DNA of 64,000 bases from Candidatus Fermentibacteraceae bacterium. GTDB taxonomy: Bacteria > Fermentibacterota > Fermentibacteria > Fermentibacterales > JCC-6. The notes beneath the pieces were generated by a model that ran no database searches, was not told where the DNA came from, and saw nothing but the letters and a program-made list of their open reading frames with translations. This document shows positions 39,495 through 49,228 of the stretch, in pieces (the stretch's first letter is position 1; each line of letters opens with the position of its first letter). The stretch covers positions 256,765-320,764 of the forward strand of contig JADGDO010000001.1 of NCBI GenBank assembly GCA_016744855.1. The letters are read 5' to 3'. A program made the translations under genes and the position numbers.

Positions 39495-42050
39495 CTAGTC
39501 TGTTCCCAGAGCCCTCTTGATTCTTGTCAGGAACATTTTTCTTCTAATGGGTTTTCTTATGTAGTCAATTGCACCCAGCTCGTATCCCCTTTCTTCCTTG
39601 TCTAAACTGTCGTTTGCAGTCAGGAATATTAGCTTGGTGTCCATGTTCTTGCTTTGAAGGGCCTGAAGCATTGTGAATCCGTCAAGACCTGGCATTTCAA
39701 TATCAGAGAGTATCAAATCATAGTTGTTTGTCTGAAGGGTAACGATAGCCTCCACCCCGTCAGTAGCCTGGTCAACTTCATATCCGCTGGTTTCAAGAAG
39801 AATTGAAGCGAGATTTCTGAAATCATCATCATCATCTACAAGAAGAATCCGTTTCACTCCATCTTTTTCAGTAGTTTTTGGTGTGAAATCAACTTCAGTG
39901 CGACCGCTCAATCGAAGTTCTTCAAGTAAAACATGCCTGTTAACATCATCAAGAGAAAGAAGACCCTGTCTTACTTTCATGATTGCATGATCTGAGAGAA
40001 GAAAAACTCCTGCTTTTTCATGAAGGGCAATGCGCATAGCAGGTACTGATTCAGCAGTTTTTATAATTTCAGTAACAGCTGGATTGAATCGCATGAGTTC
40101 ATAAACACCCTGCCTGCCTGCATAACCGGTGAAATTGCATTTGGGGCATCCCTCGGGATGTGGGAGCTCAGCGGGAATGTCATCCGTGAATGGCAACAGT
40201 ATTTTTCTTTCATCAGCTGTTATGGGTTTCATTCTTCTACACCTCTGACAGAGGCTTTTTAGAAGTCTCTGTGCAAGGAGGCAGAGAAGATTGTCTGCTG
40301 AATCCTCTCTTGCGATTCCAAGTCGGGCTAGGCGGAAAAGGGCGGTTGTTGTGTTAGAGCTGTGCAGAGTAGCCATTGTGAGGTGACCGGTACTTGCTAG
40401 ATCAAGGCAGGTTTTTGCACTGAAAGAATCTCGTACCTCTCCAAGATAAACAATGTCCGGATCCTGGCGAACAGCTGACTTGAGCAATGCTTCAAATGTA
40501 ACACCTGCTTTAACATTGACCTGCTGCTGGTTTGCGTATTCAATTCTGTATTCAACTGGGTCTTCAATAGTCATAAGACTTCTGGATTTAATATCGAGAT
40601 GGGAAATCATGCTATAGAGAGTCGTAGATTTACCGCTACCCGTAGGTCCCACAACAATAATAGCTCCACTAGTCTGGCTGGAAACCTCATAAAGATCTTC
40701 TGATTGTTCCTCAGTCATACCGAGTTCTGTTAACTCTCTGGGCTTTGCATAAAGGTCAAGCATTCTTACAATAAGACTTTCACCCTGTGGAGTAGATGTA
40801 GTGGCAAATCTCATCTTGAAGGGCTTTCCGCCAATTCTGGCCTCTGCCTGACCATCCTGAGGCTTTCGTCTTTCGGCGATATCCATTCCACCAAGAACTT
40901 TGAATCTGCTGATAAGAACTGCACCGGTCTTCTTTTTAAGGGTGAACATATCTTTCATGTCACCGTCGACGCGAAATCTGACGAGAACTTTGTCCGGTTT
41001 AGGCTCTACATGGATATCACTTGCCCCTTCAGAAACAGCCGAAAAGAGTATACTGTCAGAGATGTATCTGATAGGGAATTTTCTAATATCTTCCTCTGAA
41101 GGTTTTTCAAGTATTTCTATGGTACCCTTGAACTCCTCTACCTCATCCTGACTTTTCTCCGCAGCCTCTTCTTCGTTATCATCGTCCTCGCCAATATCTG
41201 CAAATGTGGTGTCGGATTCGTTGGCTTCCTCCTTACGAAGGAGAGCATCTATACAGTCCGGGCAGGTGATTCCGAGTGTCGGGATTCTTCCGGTAAGCGA
41301 TTCCAGCATTTCAATAAGTTGTGGCTCATAAGGATTTGACAGTACAAACCGAATCGCTTTATCCTCTTTAAGAGCAAGCACCCTGTGCGCCTTTGAGAAT
41401 GCAGCAGGCAACATGTCCCCTTCCACAGTCTCAGGATCAATATACGGGTAATTAGGTAGCTGAAGATAGGAAGAGAGAAGCTTAGCTGTTTCAATGCTAT
41501 CCAGACCAATGTCTTTTGTTTTCTGATACATTTCCCTTGGCTGAGATAAACTTAGTGTGGCTGTATCTTCCCTTGATAGGGTTGAATTCTCGCGCAGAAA
41601 CTCGATAAACCCCTGATAATCCTGCAGTCGGGCCGAGGGAGCTGGGCTATCAAGTCGACCCCAGTTCTCAGCTCTTTCAAGAACCTTTTTTACTTTTGCA
41701 GAGAGAATCTTACGATTCAGTTCAGATTTAGGAACAAAATCTGCAACTCCAGCGTTTAATGCGTCACGCCTGGTTTCATCATCGGCTCTGCTGGTAATCA
41801 TAATTACAGGAATTCTGGATAATACTCTGTCGGACTGAAGATTGCTGCAGAATTCCAGTCCATTCATACCGGGCATAAGAAGATCAAGAAGAATGATGGA
41901 GACATCTCCCAGTTGCAAAACTTTCATCGCTGCTGCGGCGCTCTCAACAGACTCAGTTAAATAGCCTGATTTCCCGAGTATATGAGAAAGCAGTAATCTG
42001 GTGTCTTCATCATCGTCGATAATCAGTACTTTTTTATTCTTCGTCAACAT
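39495..42050 (-). CDS. GspE/PilB-family secretion or pilus ATPase with N- and C-terminal receiver domains
   Basis: REC1 (IIDDD, LDLLMP); ASDIHVEP; RFRVDG; DIAERRKPQDG; GPTGSGKSTT; TIEDPVE; RQDPD...GEVRD; TGHL...TLH; CxxC/CxxC; REC2 (LVDDD, SDIEMP). Start moved to ATG 42050. Confidence 0.88.
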   Translation of the reverse strand: MLTKNKKVLIIDDDEDTRLLLSHILGKSGYLTESVESAAAAMKVLQLGDVSIILLDLLMPGMNGLEFCSNLQSDRVLSRIPVIMITSRADDETRRDALNAGVADFVPKSELNRKILSAKVKKVLERAENWGRLDSPAPSARLQDYQGFIEFLRENSTLSREDTATLSLSQPREMYQKTKDIGLDSIETAKLLSSYLQLPNYPYIDPETVEGDMLPAAFSKAHRVLALKEDKAIRFVLSNPYEPQLIEMLESLTGRIPTLGITCPDCIDALLRKEEANESDTTFADIGEDDDNEEEAAEKSQDEVEEFKGTIEILEKPSEEDIRKFPIRYISDSILFSAVSEGASDIHVEPKPDKVLVRFRVDGDMKDMFTLKKKTGAVLISRFKVLGGMDIAERRKPQDGQAEARIGGKPFKMRFATTSTPQGESLIVRMLDLYAKPRELTELGMTEEQSEDLYEVSSQTSGAIIVVGPTGSGKSTTLYSMISHLDIKSRSLMTIEDPVEYRIEYANQQQVNVKAGVTFEALLKSAVRQDPDIVYLGEVRDSFSAKTCLDLASTGHLTMATLHSSNTTTALFRLARLGIAREDSADNLLCLLAQRLLKSLCQRCRRMKPITADERKILLPFTDDIPAELPHPEGCPKCNFTGYAGRQGVYELMRFNPAVTEIIKTAESVPAMRIALHEKAGVFLLSDHAIMKVRQGLLSLDDVNRHVLLEELRLSGRTEVDFTPKTTEKDGVKRILLVDDDDDFRNLASILLETSGYEVDQATDGVEAIVTLQTNNYDLILSDIEMPGLDGFTMLQALQSKNMDTKLIFLTANDSLDKEERGYELGAIDYIRKPIRRKMFLTRIKRALGTD

Positions 42051-45000
42051 ATTCAATTCGAACTGTGTTAAGATAATTTTCCAACTGATCAATTCCCAAA
42101 AGAATTTCCACACTGTCTAGAGCTTTTGCTGCTATCTCCATTGCTGCGCCGATCTCGCTGATCCTGTCAAATCCGTAACCTCCTCCAGAGCCTTTCATGC
42201 TGTGAGAAAGTCTCTGTGCTTCCTTGAAATCATCCTCCAGCACGAGTTGTCTGATATTAACAATGTCTGAGCGGCGGTTTTTCAAATATCCGGGTATCAG
42301 TGCTTCAAGGTCCTCCGGAACCAGTGCAACAGGACCCTGGAGAGAAATATCATCTTCGGTTTCCAGAATTGTCTCTGGTTCCTGTTCTGCTTCAATTTCA
42401 ACAGGAAGATCTGCGAGCTCAGGAGTACCCTCCCTGGGGCCCATTATTTTAAGAAGTTCATCCAGTTTTTCCAGCAAATCCTTTTTTCTTACAGGTTTAG
42501 AAATATGGATATCACATCCCGCAGCGAGACATTTCTGCACCTCTTCGCGGAGTGCGTGTGCAGTAAGAGCGACAATAGGGACATGTTCACTCATGGAAAT
42601 GGATTCATGAGCTCTTATCGATCTTGTAGCCTCATAACCGTCCATGACAGGCATCTGCATATCCATAAGAATAAAATCGAATTTTTTCTGCATGTATTGC
42701 TCAAGAGCTTCTTTACCATTTTCTGCGACAGTAATCTCCCAGGGATATTTCTCCGTGTATTTGATGATAAGAAATCTGTTGTCGGGAGAGTCTTCTGCAA
42801 GGAGAATGGAAAGATTCATCTTCTCGATAGAAAGGTCGGAATTTGCAGTGCTGGCTGATGCCTTATGCTTCGGAGCAATGTTATGGATAACCTCAAGCAG
42901 CTGATTGCTTAACTCTCTTCTTCGCAGCGGTTTAAAAACGAAACGGTTTACACCCGAAAGCCTGGCTTTTTCTATACATATGTTACTGTTGTTACAATTA
43001 AGCATTAGTATCATATTTTCAGTTGAGATACCCTGGCGCTTTATGTAATCTGCAACCTCAGCACCATCCATTCGCGGCATATTATAATCCAGCAGGATTG
43101 CATCATAGCTCGTTTTTTTAAACAGTTCAAGAGCAGCAACCCCGCTTTCAGCAGTGTCAACAGATGCTCCCCAATGCTCAATAATTTCTTTCTGGATATT
43201 TCTGTTGTTACTGTTGTCGGCAGCCAGCAGTATTCTGCAACTGGACAAATCCGGGGATTCGTAACTATCGAGCTGATGAGGTGTGTCCGCTTCCGGCAGA
43301 TCACAGTTGAAAGAGAATGAACTTCCAATGTTAACTTCACTCTCCACACTGATAGTGCCACCCATTAGTTCTACCAGTTTTGTGCAGATTGTAAGCCCAA
43401 GTCCTGTTCCCCCATACCTTCTTGTGTGAGAGGAGTCAGCCTGAGTGAAACTCATGAATATAGCTTCCACTTTCCCCTCTGGAATGCCGATTCCTGTATC
43501 AGTTACAGAAAACAATACCTGACCATTATCTATGGGTTTGACTGTGGTTGTAACATCACCGGATTCGGTAAATTTGATTGAATTACCAATCAGGTTTGTG
43601 ATAACCTGCTTCAATCGTGAAGGATCTCCGGATACCCAGACTGGCGTAGCCGGGTCAATTCGACAGTTAAGTTCAAGACCCTTCTCATGGGCTCTGAGAG
43701 CAAGAGTTTCGCATGTTTTTTCAATTTCTTCGTAGAGATTAAAAGGAATTTTTTCAAGCTCTATCCTACCCGCTTCCACTTTTGAAATATCAAGAATGTC
43801 ATTAATAAGATTAAGCAGGTTATCGCTGGCATTTCTGCCTACTCTCAGGTAATTCTTTTGAGTTGGAGTCATATCTGTTTCCGACAAGAGGTCGGTAGTT
43901 CCAATTATTGCATTCAGAGGAGTCCTGATTTCATGACTCATATTAGCAAGAAATTCAGATTTTGTTCTAGTCGCATTCAGAGCAGCCTCACGAGCTTCAA
44001 TGAGCTCAAGCTCAATTTTCTTCCTTTCAGAAATATCCCTAAGCATGCCAGTAGCCTGCCACTCGCCGTTAAGAAAGAATGAAGAGACAGAAAGCTCAAC
44101 AGGAAAGGTTGTGCGGTTCTTTCTCATACCTTCGAGCTCTACCACACGGCCTACCATCATACCTTGCCCTGTAGATCTGAACTGCTCCATACCCATTTCT
44201 ATCATTTCTCTGTAAGCATCCGGAGCAATAAGGGAATGAAGTTTTCTGCCAATAGTCTCAGAGCTTTCGTATCCAAACATCATTTCAGCAGAATTGCTGA
44301 AGAATGTCACCCTTGATTCAGAATCCATAATAATTACAGCATCCTGTGCAGACTCTGTGATCGCTTTAAATTTTACTTCAATCTCACGCAGTAATCCCAT
44401 TATTGAATCACGGTCGGACATGTCGGTATATACAGCGACTGCTCCTTGGGTTTCTCCAGCCACAACAATCGGGGCAACGGAGACAGATACTCTTCTTTCG
44501 ATAGAGTTCTTTCCGGTTCTCAAGCACTCAAAGCCGCAGATTACCTTGCCGTTCATAATCTTACCTGCTTGTATGGAATCATTCCCAGCATTCGCGTTTA
44601 CAAGATCATCAACATCCCGACCAATTGCTTCCTCTGCTGTCCACCCAAACAATTCTACAGCAGCCTTATTCCATGCGGTAACAAGACCATTCTGATCGAT
44701 GGTAAGAACAGCATCAGGAACACTTTCAACAATCTTCTGAAAGAACAAAGCCTGTTTGTTTATCTCTCTCTCAAGTCTCAGTTCTTCCGTGATATCCGTG
44801 AGAATACCGTCGCAATACTTAGGCTTCCCATTGTTATCAAGAACTGAATGGATTGATCCGCGTGCACAAAAAGCAGTTCCGTCTTTTCTGATTAAATCAA
44901 CAAGAAAGCCCTTTACGCGGCCTTCTTGAGCTAGTTTAAAAAGAAATTTATCTCTCTGGACTGGATTAGCGTAGAACTTAATTACAGATTTGCCAATGAT

Positions 45001-45441
45001 CTCTTCTCGAGTAAACCCAATAAAGGGGAAAACAGAAGGAGAAACATCAATCACAATTCCTTCTGTTGAAATCCGGCAAAAAACATCATCCATTTCATTA
45101 AAAGCTCTTCGAAGATCACTGTTATTCATAAGAGTACCGGAGGAATTAGGATTTTCAAATGAAAGAATTTTGAATGTGTCATCTTTTTTGACAGCAGTGT
45201 GCGTATCGATAACAATGCCTGATTCAATCAGTGTGCCCAGTTCTTCGGTTACTGTGCTGCCGACAATTTCCTGAGCATGTTTTTGTAAAACAGTGCAAAT
45301 GAGCTTGTTAACCTTTACTATCCTGTTCTCGTCACCAGTAACAACTAAAGCGCAAACTCCTGAATCTGCAAGAATGCTCAAAAGGGCATCGTGTATTGTT
45401 TTGTCTTGAGCGTGATTTGCTGTTTCAGAAATGGACATCAC
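42034..45441 (-). CDS. Cytoplasmic hybrid histidine kinase (3 PAS, HisKA, HATPase, 2 REC, Hpt)
   Basis: Three PAS repeats; FLANMSHEIRTP; FTQADSS.TRRYGGTGLGL; two REC domains; Hpt HSMKGSGG.YG. Confidence 0.93.
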   Translation of the reverse strand: MMSISETANHAQDKTIHDALLSILADSGVCALVVTGDENRIVKVNKLICTVLQKHAQEIVGSTVTEELGTLIESGIVIDTHTAVKKDDTFKILSFENPNSSGTLMNNSDLRRAFNEMDDVFCRISTEGIVIDVSPSVFPFIGFTREEIIGKSVIKFYANPVQRDKFLFKLAQEGRVKGFLVDLIRKDGTAFCARGSIHSVLDNNGKPKYCDGILTDITEELRLEREINKQALFFQKIVESVPDAVLTIDQNGLVTAWNKAAVELFGWTAEEAIGRDVDDLVNANAGNDSIQAGKIMNGKVICGFECLRTGKNSIERRVSVSVAPIVVAGETQGAVAVYTDMSDRDSIMGLLREIEVKFKAITESAQDAVIIMDSESRVTFFSNSAEMMFGYESSETIGRKLHSLIAPDAYREMIEMGMEQFRSTGQGMMVGRVVELEGMRKNRTTFPVELSVSSFFLNGEWQATGMLRDISERKKIELELIEAREAALNATRTKSEFLANMSHEIRTPLNAIIGTTDLLSETDMTPTQKNYLRVGRNASDNLLNLINDILDISKVEAGRIELEKIPFNLYEEIEKTCETLALRAHEKGLELNCRIDPATPVWVSGDPSRLKQVITNLIGNSIKFTESGDVTTTVKPIDNGQVLFSVTDTGIGIPEGKVEAIFMSFTQADSSHTRRYGGTGLGLTICTKLVELMGGTISVESEVNIGSSFSFNCDLPEADTPHQLDSYESPDLSSCRILLAADNSNNRNIQKEIIEHWGASVDTAESGVAALELFKKTSYDAILLDYNMPRMDGAEVADYIKRQGISTENMILMLNCNNSNICIEKARLSGVNRFVFKPLRRRELSNQLLEVIHNIAPKHKASASTANSDLSIEKMNLSILLAEDSPDNRFLIIKYTEKYPWEITVAENGKEALEQYMQKKFDFILMDMQMPVMDGYEATRSIRAHESISMSEHVPIVALTAHALREEVQKCLAAGCDIHISKPVRKKDLLEKLDELLKIMGPREGTPELADLPVEIEAEQEPETILETEDDISLQGPVALVPEDLEALIPGYLKNRRSDIVNIRQLVLEDDFKEAQRLSHSMKGSGGGYGFDRISEIGAAMEIAAKALDSVEILLGIDQLENYLNTVRIEYVDEE

Positions 45442-45987
45442 CTATCCTTTGCTGTCTGTAAATCCAATAGCTTCTTTTACCATTTGAGAAAGGGACCCGG
45501 CACTAAAAGGTTTCCTCAAAAAACCTTGAAGTTTAAGCCCGGCAAAACGTTTTCGAATTTCCTCTTCCCCATACCCTGTTGTCAGAATTATGCCCAGTTT
45601 GGGCGAAGAGCGTCTGAGTTGTCTGAAAGTCTGCATTCCATCTAACCTTGGCATAACAAGGTCAAGAACAACACACTTGATTGCATCTTTATTCTGCTCA
45701 TAAATTCCCAGAGCTTCCACACCGTCAGCAGCGGTAAGAACTTCGTATCCCTCTCTTGAGAGAATCTGTGTGCCTATTCTGCGAATAATCTCTTCATCAT
45801 CAACAAACAAAACAGAAGCATCAGATTTTGCTTGAATCTCTTCGGGTGAAAGGGCTGCGATAACAAGTCTTATTTCCTTCAAGGACTCAATAAGTTCTGT
45901 AGACATTACCCCGGAAGTCTGAGTGGACACAAAAGCAATTCTGCGTTCTGCTCTTTTAAGCTTTTCGAGCAATGCATTTTTGATCAA
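45442..45987 (-). CDS. Response regulator (REC with short N-terminal helical extension)
   Basis: LFVDDE, LDLVMP, TTGY, KPF. TTG start with SD AGGAGG. Confidence 0.85.
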   Translation of the reverse strand: MIKNALLEKLKRAERRIAFVSTQTSGVMSTELIESLKEIRLVIAALSPEEIQAKSDASVLFVDDEEIIRRIGTQILSREGYEVLTAADGVEALGIYEQNKDAIKCVVLDLVMPRLDGMQTFRQLRRSSPKLGIILTTGYGEEEIRKRFAGLKLQGFLRKPFSAGSLSQMVKEAIGFTDSKG

Positions 45988-46055
45988 AAATCTAACCTCC
46001 TGTAATTGCTAAGCGACAACTGATTATTAAGAGTCGAAGAAAATAGCGCAAGGGG

Positions 46056-46679
46056 TCATAGAAATCTAAGGAAAGGATTATTCTTTTTCTCATTTTTCAT
46101 TGTAGAAGCCGGACCATGTCCTGGTAAAATGACAAAACTATCTTCTTGTTCTGCAATAATATTCTTCATAGTTGTTTTCATATTCGCTGGTGAACTCTGA
46201 GGCAGATCTGTTCTTCCTATTGAACCTGCGAATAGTGTATCCCCTGAAAAAAAGAGGTCATGACCCTTTATACAGATTGATCCACGAGAATGTCCGGGGG
46301 TATGCAATACCGAAAAAACAAGATTACCCACCTTTATAGAATCACCATTGGTAAGTATTCTGTTTACAGTAGGAGGCTGTTGAATTGAAAATCCCCACTC
46401 TGCGGCATGGAGTTTTGCCGAGGACATCATTTCAACATCTTCCGAGTGTATCATTGTTTCCGGTGAATAGCGACTTATCAAATCGGAAGCTCCTCCAACA
46501 TGGTCAAAATGACCATGTGTGTAAATGATAAGATCTAGCCTTTGGAAATACTCATTTATCGCCGAGGAATCATCACCCGGATCTACCACAAGAACAGCTC
46601 CTGTTTCAGGGCATTTGACCACATAACAGTTTGTCTGGATGGGACCAACAACCACTTTTTTGACGATCGGTTTAGTCAC
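46056..46679 (-). CDS. MBL-fold metallo-hydrolase (glyoxalase II-like, YcbL/GloC type)
   Basis: TNCY, DPG, THGHFDHVGG, HTPGHS.GS, GDTLF..SIGRTD, PGHG, E...NPF. Confidence 0.92.
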   Translation of the reverse strand: MTKPIVKKVVVGPIQTNCYVVKCPETGAVLVVDPGDDSSAINEYFQRLDLIIYTHGHFDHVGGASDLISRYSPETMIHSEDVEMMSSAKLHAAEWGFSIQQPPTVNRILTNGDSIKVGNLVFSVLHTPGHSRGSICIKGHDLFFSGDTLFAGSIGRTDLPQSSPANMKTTMKNIIAEQEDSFVILPGHGPASTMKNEKKNNPFLRFL

Positions 46680-47646
46680 AGAGAACCTCCAATTCAGTAA
46701 CTCTCAGTCTAATGGCTGAAGTGCCGGTTGTGTCATCAATCTGCCCTAAAAACAGCTGATAGTTTTCCAAAGCCTGAGGCAGATCGCCGTAGAGGTAATG
46801 GCATTCAGCAAGACCAAGCCTGCAGATTTTATCATCCGGATAACTAGCAAGAATGGATTCCATCACGGCAATGGCCTCTTCCTGCCTTCCCTGAGAAGAA
46901 TAAGAAAGCGCAAGAATATTCAACGCGTCATAGCTTGAAGGAGAAACCGCCAACACTGAAAGAATTTGTTCTTCCGCCTCAGAGTGCATTCCCAGAATTC
47001 CAAATGTCCTTGCCGCTTCAATTTGAGGCTGGAGGAATTCGGGAGCGACTGAGATCGAACCCTGAAAAAACAGAAGAGCTTCTTCGGGGTTTCCTGCAAG
47101 AAGAGTAATCCTTCCACAATTGTAAAGAATCGATGCATTTTCAGGCTCTCTTCTGTAAGCTATGTTAAAACAGGAAGCCGCTTCCTCGAAATTTCCGTTT
47201 TCCATTAGGGCCATTCCATAGTTGTTAAAAGCAATTCCATCCTCCGGAGAGAGCTGAGTGGCAAGCTGACCGGTGTGAAGTGCTTCAGGAATCCTTCCAG
47301 CACCGAGTAAAGCTCCTGACAGATCGGTTAGAACATCCACTTTTGTTGAATCGATTTCAATCACTCTCTGATAAGCACTAATCGCATGGTCGTACATGCC
47401 CAGATCTAGATTGACTGTTCCCAGATTCCGCCAGACATTCGGATTGTCCGGATCAAGAGCTGCAACCTCCATCAGGAGTTCGCGAGCAGTGTTTAACTCA
47501 CCGTTGTTGTATGCTTCACCGGCAGTAGCAAACAACAAGGCTGGATCAGATTGCTCTTCGTTATCAGTTCCACATGAAAATGAAACAAGAATAGCAGTGC
47601 AGAGAATCACGGTCATAAGTATATTGAGAGCTGAATAATTAAACAC
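46672..47646 (-). CDS. Tetratricopeptide-repeat protein, probable lipoprotein; start uncertain (47691, 47646 or 47616)
   Basis: Hydrophobic leader ending SFSC; tandem TPR repeats (WRNLG, FNNYG, LYNCG, LGLAEC). Confidence 0.8.
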   Translation of the reverse strand: MFNYSALNILMTVILCTAILVSFSCGTDNEEQSDPALLFATAGEAYNNGELNTARELLMEVAALDPDNPNVWRNLGTVNLDLGMYDHAISAYQRVIEIDSTKVDVLTDLSGALLGAGRIPEALHTGQLATQLSPEDGIAFNNYGMALMENGNFEEAASCFNIAYRREPENASILYNCGRITLLAGNPEEALLFFQGSISVAPEFLQPQIEAARTFGILGMHSEAEEQILSVLAVSPSSYDALNILALSYSSQGRQEEAIAVMESILASYPDDKICRLGLAECHYLYGDLPQALENYQLFLGQIDDTTGTSAIRLRVTELEVLCD

Positions 47647-47659
47647 ATGGAGGTTATTT

Positions 47660-48796
47660 TTGATTTCTATTATTTTTTTCATTTTTTCCACCCTGCCGGA
47701 AGCTTACACGGTTGATCCATACAGTATATTTTCACAATCGGATTCTGTTCTTTCAAGCATCAGCTCCATAGAATACCAGTTCACTTTCAGCGGTACAGGA
47801 GCACTCTTAAACATAATACCTGAGGTTAACGGAAAGACATGTCTCAGTTTTGTTCCAGGATTAGATCACCCGCTGATGGATCATCATCTTGAAAGCATGA
47901 CAAGAGAAGGAACTTTCAGGAACCTAAGCATTCCTTCAAGCTACGTTGCCACTAGAGACAGTGTCTACCTTGTTGACAATATTGATTCTACGGTTTACTT
48001 CTCTTCTTACAACAGGGCCGCTTGGGAAATGTTTGATTTCCCTCCAGCATCGTTGCTAATGGAGTATGCACTCTCAGAACCATTCAGAGATGAGATTCTT
48101 GCCGATTCGATCGCAGTGCTTGTACCGGAAGAGATTGATGGAACACTGTGTCATGTGTTTCATGTTTTTTATAGTGACTTGGAGGGAAACGAAGCAATCT
48201 GGTTCATAGGGATCGAGGATCTTCTACCACACGCAGTTGAAAGAATTAGTTACTATGGCACTGCGTCAGCACCAGGTGGTCAGCTTCTTGTGTTGAGTAA
48301 CCTGAATCTAAGTAGCACTATTCCGTGCAGACCCTCAGTTCCGGAGAACTATACTTCTACCGGATGGCTCTCTTTACTGGAAACAGACACAGATGCCCCA
48401 CCTTTCTTTCTTGCAGATAGACAAGGCTTTACTGTACGCTCTTCAGATCAGGGTGAAAAGCTTCTTCTCCTTTGCTTCTTCTCCTCTTGGGATCCTGTGT
48501 CACTTTCTGCTCTTGGTTTACTACAAACTATCTATAGGGAATATTCCGGTTCGCTTCAGTGTTTCGGGATATCAATTCTCGAGACATCTGAACCTGGTTT
48601 TAGATTGAATTCCCTGGAAACAGAATTCCCGATACTTGTTTTCGGTGAAGATGCAGCTGACGATTACAATGTTCATACGACTCCAGCAGTATTCCTGATT
48701 TCAAGTAGCAGAAAAATCCTCTACTCCAGCAGAGTCGTTACAGATGAAACCGCAGATGAAATACTGAGACTTATCGAGGGTGAAACACAAATGTAG
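47660..48796 (+). CDS. Exported protein with C-terminal TlpA/redoxin-like fold lacking CxxC
   Basis: SD GGAGG before TTG; DAPPF.L.D..G, FFSSWDPVS (normally FWAxWCxxC) and YNV.TTP..FLI. Confidence 0.7.
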   Translation: MISIIFFIFSTLPEAYTVDPYSIFSQSDSVLSSISSIEYQFTFSGTGALLNIIPEVNGKTCLSFVPGLDHPLMDHHLESMTREGTFRNLSIPSSYVATRDSVYLVDNIDSTVYFSSYNRAAWEMFDFPPASLLMEYALSEPFRDEILADSIAVLVPEEIDGTLCHVFHVFYSDLEGNEAIWFIGIEDLLPHAVERISYYGTASAPGGQLLVLSNLNLSSTIPCRPSVPENYTSTGWLSLLETDTDAPPFFLADRQGFTVRSSDQGEKLLLLCFFSSWDPVSLSALGLLQTIYREYSGSLQCFGISILETSEPGFRLNSLETEFPILVFGEDAADDYNVHTTPAVFLISSSRKILYSSRVVTDETADEILRLIEGETQM

Positions 48797-48824
48797 AAAA
48801 AGGGAGTCCTAAGACTCCCTCTCT
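48797..48824. terminator. Intrinsic terminator hairpin between convergent units
   Basis: AGGGAGTC-CTAA-GACTCCCT with an A-run on its left (U-tract for the minus-strand secG-tRNA transcript). Confidence 0.75.
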
Positions 48825-48831
48825 ATATAAA

Positions 48832-48918
48832 TGGTACCGGAGACGGGACTTGAACCCGTACAGGCTATTGCCCACTAGGTCCTTAACCTAGCGTGTCTGC
48901 CAATTCCACCACCCCGGC
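48832..48918 (-). tRNA. tRNA-Leu, anticodon AAG (87 nt, encoded CCA)
   Basis: GCCGGGG acceptor stem; D-arm GTG-GAATTGGCAGA-CAC; anticodon arm CTAGG-TTAAGGA-CCTAG; long variable arm; GGTTCAAGTCC T-arm; discriminator A + CCA. Confidence 0.95.
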
Positions 48919-48932
48919 ACTATTACTCATTC

Positions 48933-49157
48933 CTAAAATATCGCCAGTAGAAATGATGCTACCATAAAAAGTACAGCAAGCACTGTTGTTGCTTTGCTGA
49001 GAAGACTGGCTGCACCCCTGCTGCCAAAAGAAGCCGTAAGAGCTCCGCCGCCCCCGAAGGCCCCTGAAAGGCCGTCACCTTTTGACTTCTGAAGCAGAAC
49101 AACTGCTACCAGAAGAACACAAATCACTGAATGCAAAAACGTAAGTACTGTTGTCAT
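48933..49157 (-). CDS. secG: Preprotein translocase subunit SecG
   Basis: Two TM helices, VLLQKSKG.GLSGAFGG, L.KAT..LA..F; SD AAGGAG; followed by tRNA-Leu. Confidence 0.95.
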   Translation of the reverse strand: MTTVLTFLHSVICVLLVAVVLLQKSKGDGLSGAFGGGGALTASFGSRGAASLLSKATTVLAVLFMVASFLLAIF

Positions 49158-49228
49158 TTAAAATCACTCCTTCATTTCGAAGCCGATATATACAAAAAGC
49201 TGAGCCCTCTGGCAAGGCTTTTTACAAG

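Noticed and set aside
48880..48886. Reading the tRNA anticodon as TAA
   Set aside because: The 5-bp stem CTAGG/CCTAG fixes a 7-nt loop TTAAGGA whose central triplet is AAG; G37 also fits a CUN decoder.
48780..48932. tRNA as an integration site for a genomic island
   Set aside because: No integrase and no duplicated tRNA 3' end seen; the flanks look like core genes.
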